Below the pieces are notes generated by a model. It ran no database searches. It was not told the origin of the DNA and worked only from the letters and a program-made list of their open reading frames with translations. A program made the translations under genes and the position numbers. A stretch of 64,000 nt of DNA, from assembly GCA_965261855.1 (NCBI GenBank), contig OZ253488.1, forward strand, positions 2,873,388 through 2,937,387. Direction: 5' to 3'. Positions within the stretch are counted from its first letter, which is position 1. Every line of letters begins with the position of its first letter. This DNA is from Phototrophicaceae bacterium. GTDB lineage: Bacteria > Chloroflexota > Anaerolineae > Aggregatilineales > Phototrophicaceae. Below are positions 62,095 to 64,000 of the stretch, piece by piece.

Positions 62095-63750
62095 TTAGCT
62101 CTCTTTAAGCCGACCCGTCGCCACCAGATACTCGGTGTAACCGCCGACATACTCCGTTAATTCGCCATCGCATATCTCGACCAACCGGTCGACCGTCTGA
62201 TCGAGAAAATAGCGATCGTGCGACACGATTAGCACCGTGCCATTGAAATCATCCAGCGCGTCTTCGAGCACTTCCACTGACTGAATGTCAAGATTATTGG
62301 TCGGCTCATCAAGCAGCAGCAAATTCGGCTGCTGCAGCATAACCCGCGCCAACTGCAACCGGCTTCGTTCTCCCCCCGACAACGTCCGCACCGGTTGCCG
62401 AACCTGCTCATAACTGAATGCCATGCGCAATAAGAAATTCACCGCATTGGATTCGCTGCTGTTTTGCATGCTGCGGATCAAATCCAGCGGCGTCTTCGCT
62501 AGCCAGCCATCCAGCGTTTGATGCTCCTGAGAATAAAAGCCGATGCCAACACTGGGACCGACCACAATCTCGCCCGCCACCGGCCGCAACTCGCCCAGTA
62601 TCAGCTTGAGCAGCACCGTCTTTCCCGCTCCATTGGGTCCAATCAAGCCGACGCGCTCGCCGTGTCGCAGCAGCAAGCTCGCATCCATGAACACGGGATC
62701 ATCATCGAAAGCCATCGTGACCTGCTTCAGCTCCAGCGCCTTCTTGCTGCCGCGCCAGCCGTCCACTTGAAAGCCCATCAAGCGCTGGTCAACGACTCGC
62801 TCAATGATCTCGCCGCGCTCTTCCATCTTTTCCAACATGCGCCGCCGCTGACGAGCCGCCAGCATATGCTTCCGGCTGAGCACCTGTTTCGCCCAGCTCT
62901 CAAAGCGCTCGATCATCGCCTCTATCCGCGCGATCTCCTTCTGCTGTGTCACATACTGCTGCTCCTGGCGCAGCCGTCGCAATCTTCGTTCATTGACGTA
63001 ATACGAATAATTGCCGTGATATACCGTAAGTTTCCCCTTATCCAGCTCGACCGTTTGCAACGCCACCTCATCTAACAGATAACGGTCATGCGAAATAATC
63101 ACGACGCTGCCGCGGTAACTGAGGATGAATCGCTCCAGTTGACGCTTCCCCGCCATGTCGAGATGATTATCCGGCTCATCCAGCAGCAGGATATCGGGCG
63201 CCGCCACCGCCAGTTGCACCAGCGCCACCATCTTTTTCTGCCCGCCGGACAATGTTTCATTTGGTCTATCATAATCAGCGGCAGTGAAACCCAGCATCGC
63301 CAGCAGTTCCCGCACATGGCTTGCATGGCGTCCCCCGTTCATCCGCTCGAATTGAGCGAGCAGGGCTTCGTGCTGCTCCAGCGAATTAGCCAGCCGCGAT
63401 CCATCGCCATATACGGCCGGATCCGCCAACTGCGCTTCGACCTTGCTCAGCTCTTCCTCGACCGCCTCCAACTCGGGCGGCTTTATCATCGCAGTGTCAA
63501 TCAGCGACTCGCCTGGCGGCAAATTGACATCTTGCGGCAAGTGACCGATGCGTATACCGCGCTGGACCGAAACATGCCCGCGATCGGGTATGACCTCGCC
63601 CAGCATGACCTTGAGCAGCGTCGACTTGCCCGCGCCGTTCGGCCCAACCAGCGCGACGCGGTCGCGATCGCCGACTGCCCAGGACATATCGCGGAATACC
63701 TCGCGATCGGCATAACTTACCCTTACTTTGTTGACGCGCAAGATCTGCAT
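62095..63750 (-). CDS. ABC-F family ATPase (two NBDs, no TMD)
   Basis: GPNGAGKST / LSGGQKKMVALV / LLLDEPDNHLD, then GPNGAGKTV / LSGGERSRLQLA / LLLDEPTNNLD with a helical linker. ATG 63750 (MQILRVNKVRVSY). Confidence 0.88.
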   Translation of the reverse strand: MQILRVNKVRVSYADREVFRDMSWAVGDRDRVALVGPNGAGKSTLLKVMLGEVIPDRGHVSVQRGIRIGHLPQDVNLPPGESLIDTAMIKPPELEAVEEELSKVEAQLADPAVYGDGSRLANSLEQHEALLAQFERMNGGRHASHVRELLAMLGFTAADYDRPNETLSGGQKKMVALVQLAVAAPDILLLDEPDNHLDMAGKRQLERFILSYRGSVVIISHDRYLLDEVALQTVELDKGKLTVYHGNYSYYVNERRLRRLRQEQQYVTQQKEIARIEAMIERFESWAKQVLSRKHMLAARQRRRMLEKMEERGEIIERVVDQRLMGFQVDGWRGSKKALELKQVTMAFDDDPVFMDASLLLRHGERVGLIGPNGAGKTVLLKLILGELRPVAGEIVVGPSVGIGFYSQEHQTLDGWLAKTPLDLIRSMQNSSESNAVNFLLRMAFSYEQVRQPVRTLSGGERSRLQLARVMLQQPNLLLLDEPTNNLDIQSVEVLEDALDDFNGTVLIVSHDRYFLDQTVDRLVEICDGELTEYVGGYTEYLVATGRLKES

Positions 63751-63960
63751 GAACGAAGAACCAAAGCGACGGGATTTCTCAATCACGAACGAGCATAGCA
63801 CAACTTACGCGCGCTGGAATGGTCCCCGCCGGCATAGCGCTTTTGACCTCGAATTCGTGTATCATCGTTAGCAGGACGCCAATGGACCAGGTCAGTCTGC
63901 ATGATTGGCGGTATCGGGAGAACCTTCTTTCACATGCTCAAGATCGCTTTTAGTTTGACG

Positions 63961-64000
63961 CGCTCCCCTCCCTAATGCTTTGGGGAGGGGCTGGGGGTGG
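63961..64000 (+). repeat. Composite repeat module B, copy 4 (truncated by window end)
   Basis: CTCCCCTCCC-TAATGCTTT-GGGGAGGGG-CTGGGGGTGG, same architecture and orientation as 26534-26576 and 29382-29424. Confidence 0.6.

Noticed and set aside
63779-63796. Five-codon uORF (MLVRD-stop) in the leader of the ABC-F gene, reminiscent of ARE-ABCF attenuation leaders
   Set aside because: There is no SD and no evident alternative terminator/antiterminator hairpins. The ABC-F looks like a housekeeping two-NBD protein, and such a short ORF is expected by chance.
63841-63870. TTGACC ... TATCAT promoter-like pair on the plus strand near the window end
   Set aside because: The spacer is only 11 nt, incompatible with sigma70-type geometry, and no downstream gene is visible before the window ends.

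Overview
High-GC bacterial chromosomal segment made almost entirely of core housekeeping operons, mostly on the minus strand. All calls come from reading the ORF translations and the raw sequence by eye; no database search or statistic was run.

Content in order:
- (1) 1-20791: contiguous str-S10-spc-alpha ribosomal supercluster (rpsL-rpsG-fusA-tuf, rpsJ...secY, adk-map, rpmJ-rpsM-rpsK-rpoA).
- (2) 21314-32931: mixed stretch with acyl-CoA dehydrogenase, an alpha/beta hydrolase, an FAD oxidoreductase, tmRNA (ssrA), two orphan genes, an ABC exporter coupled to a C-N hydrolase, Pth, and two beta-lactamase-fold hydrolases.
- (3) mfd, then a ybaK-like / orphan membrane protein / EamA trio.
- (4) 39055-56234: complete nuoA-N complex I operon.
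- (5) a solitary rpoB, a SAM methyltransferase and an ABC-F ATPase.

I found no CRISPR array, integrase, transposase, prophage, toxin-antitoxin pair or recognisable defence system, so I cannot point to a clear novel system.

The most unusual things actually visible are:
- (a) A remodelled complex I operon: an extra TPR gene sits between nuoF and nuoG, NuoJ has a ~260-aa soluble insertion, NuoL has an acidic and a His-rich insertion, and NuoH is extended.
- (b) Several interleaved short intergenic repeat families. One carries a hairpin/G-quadruplex-capable module that always points at the downstream gene.
- (c) A 23-nt promoter-like motif is shared by three unrelated genes, and two of its copies form an inverted repeat.
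- (d) rpoB is detached from both rplKAJL and rpoC and has its own promoter and terminator.
- (e) Pth is fused to a TPR tail.
- (f) The tmRNA has an atypical tag end and T-loop.
- (g) The infA slot is filled by a secreted hydrolase.

A Chloroflexota-like origin is only a low-confidence guess.
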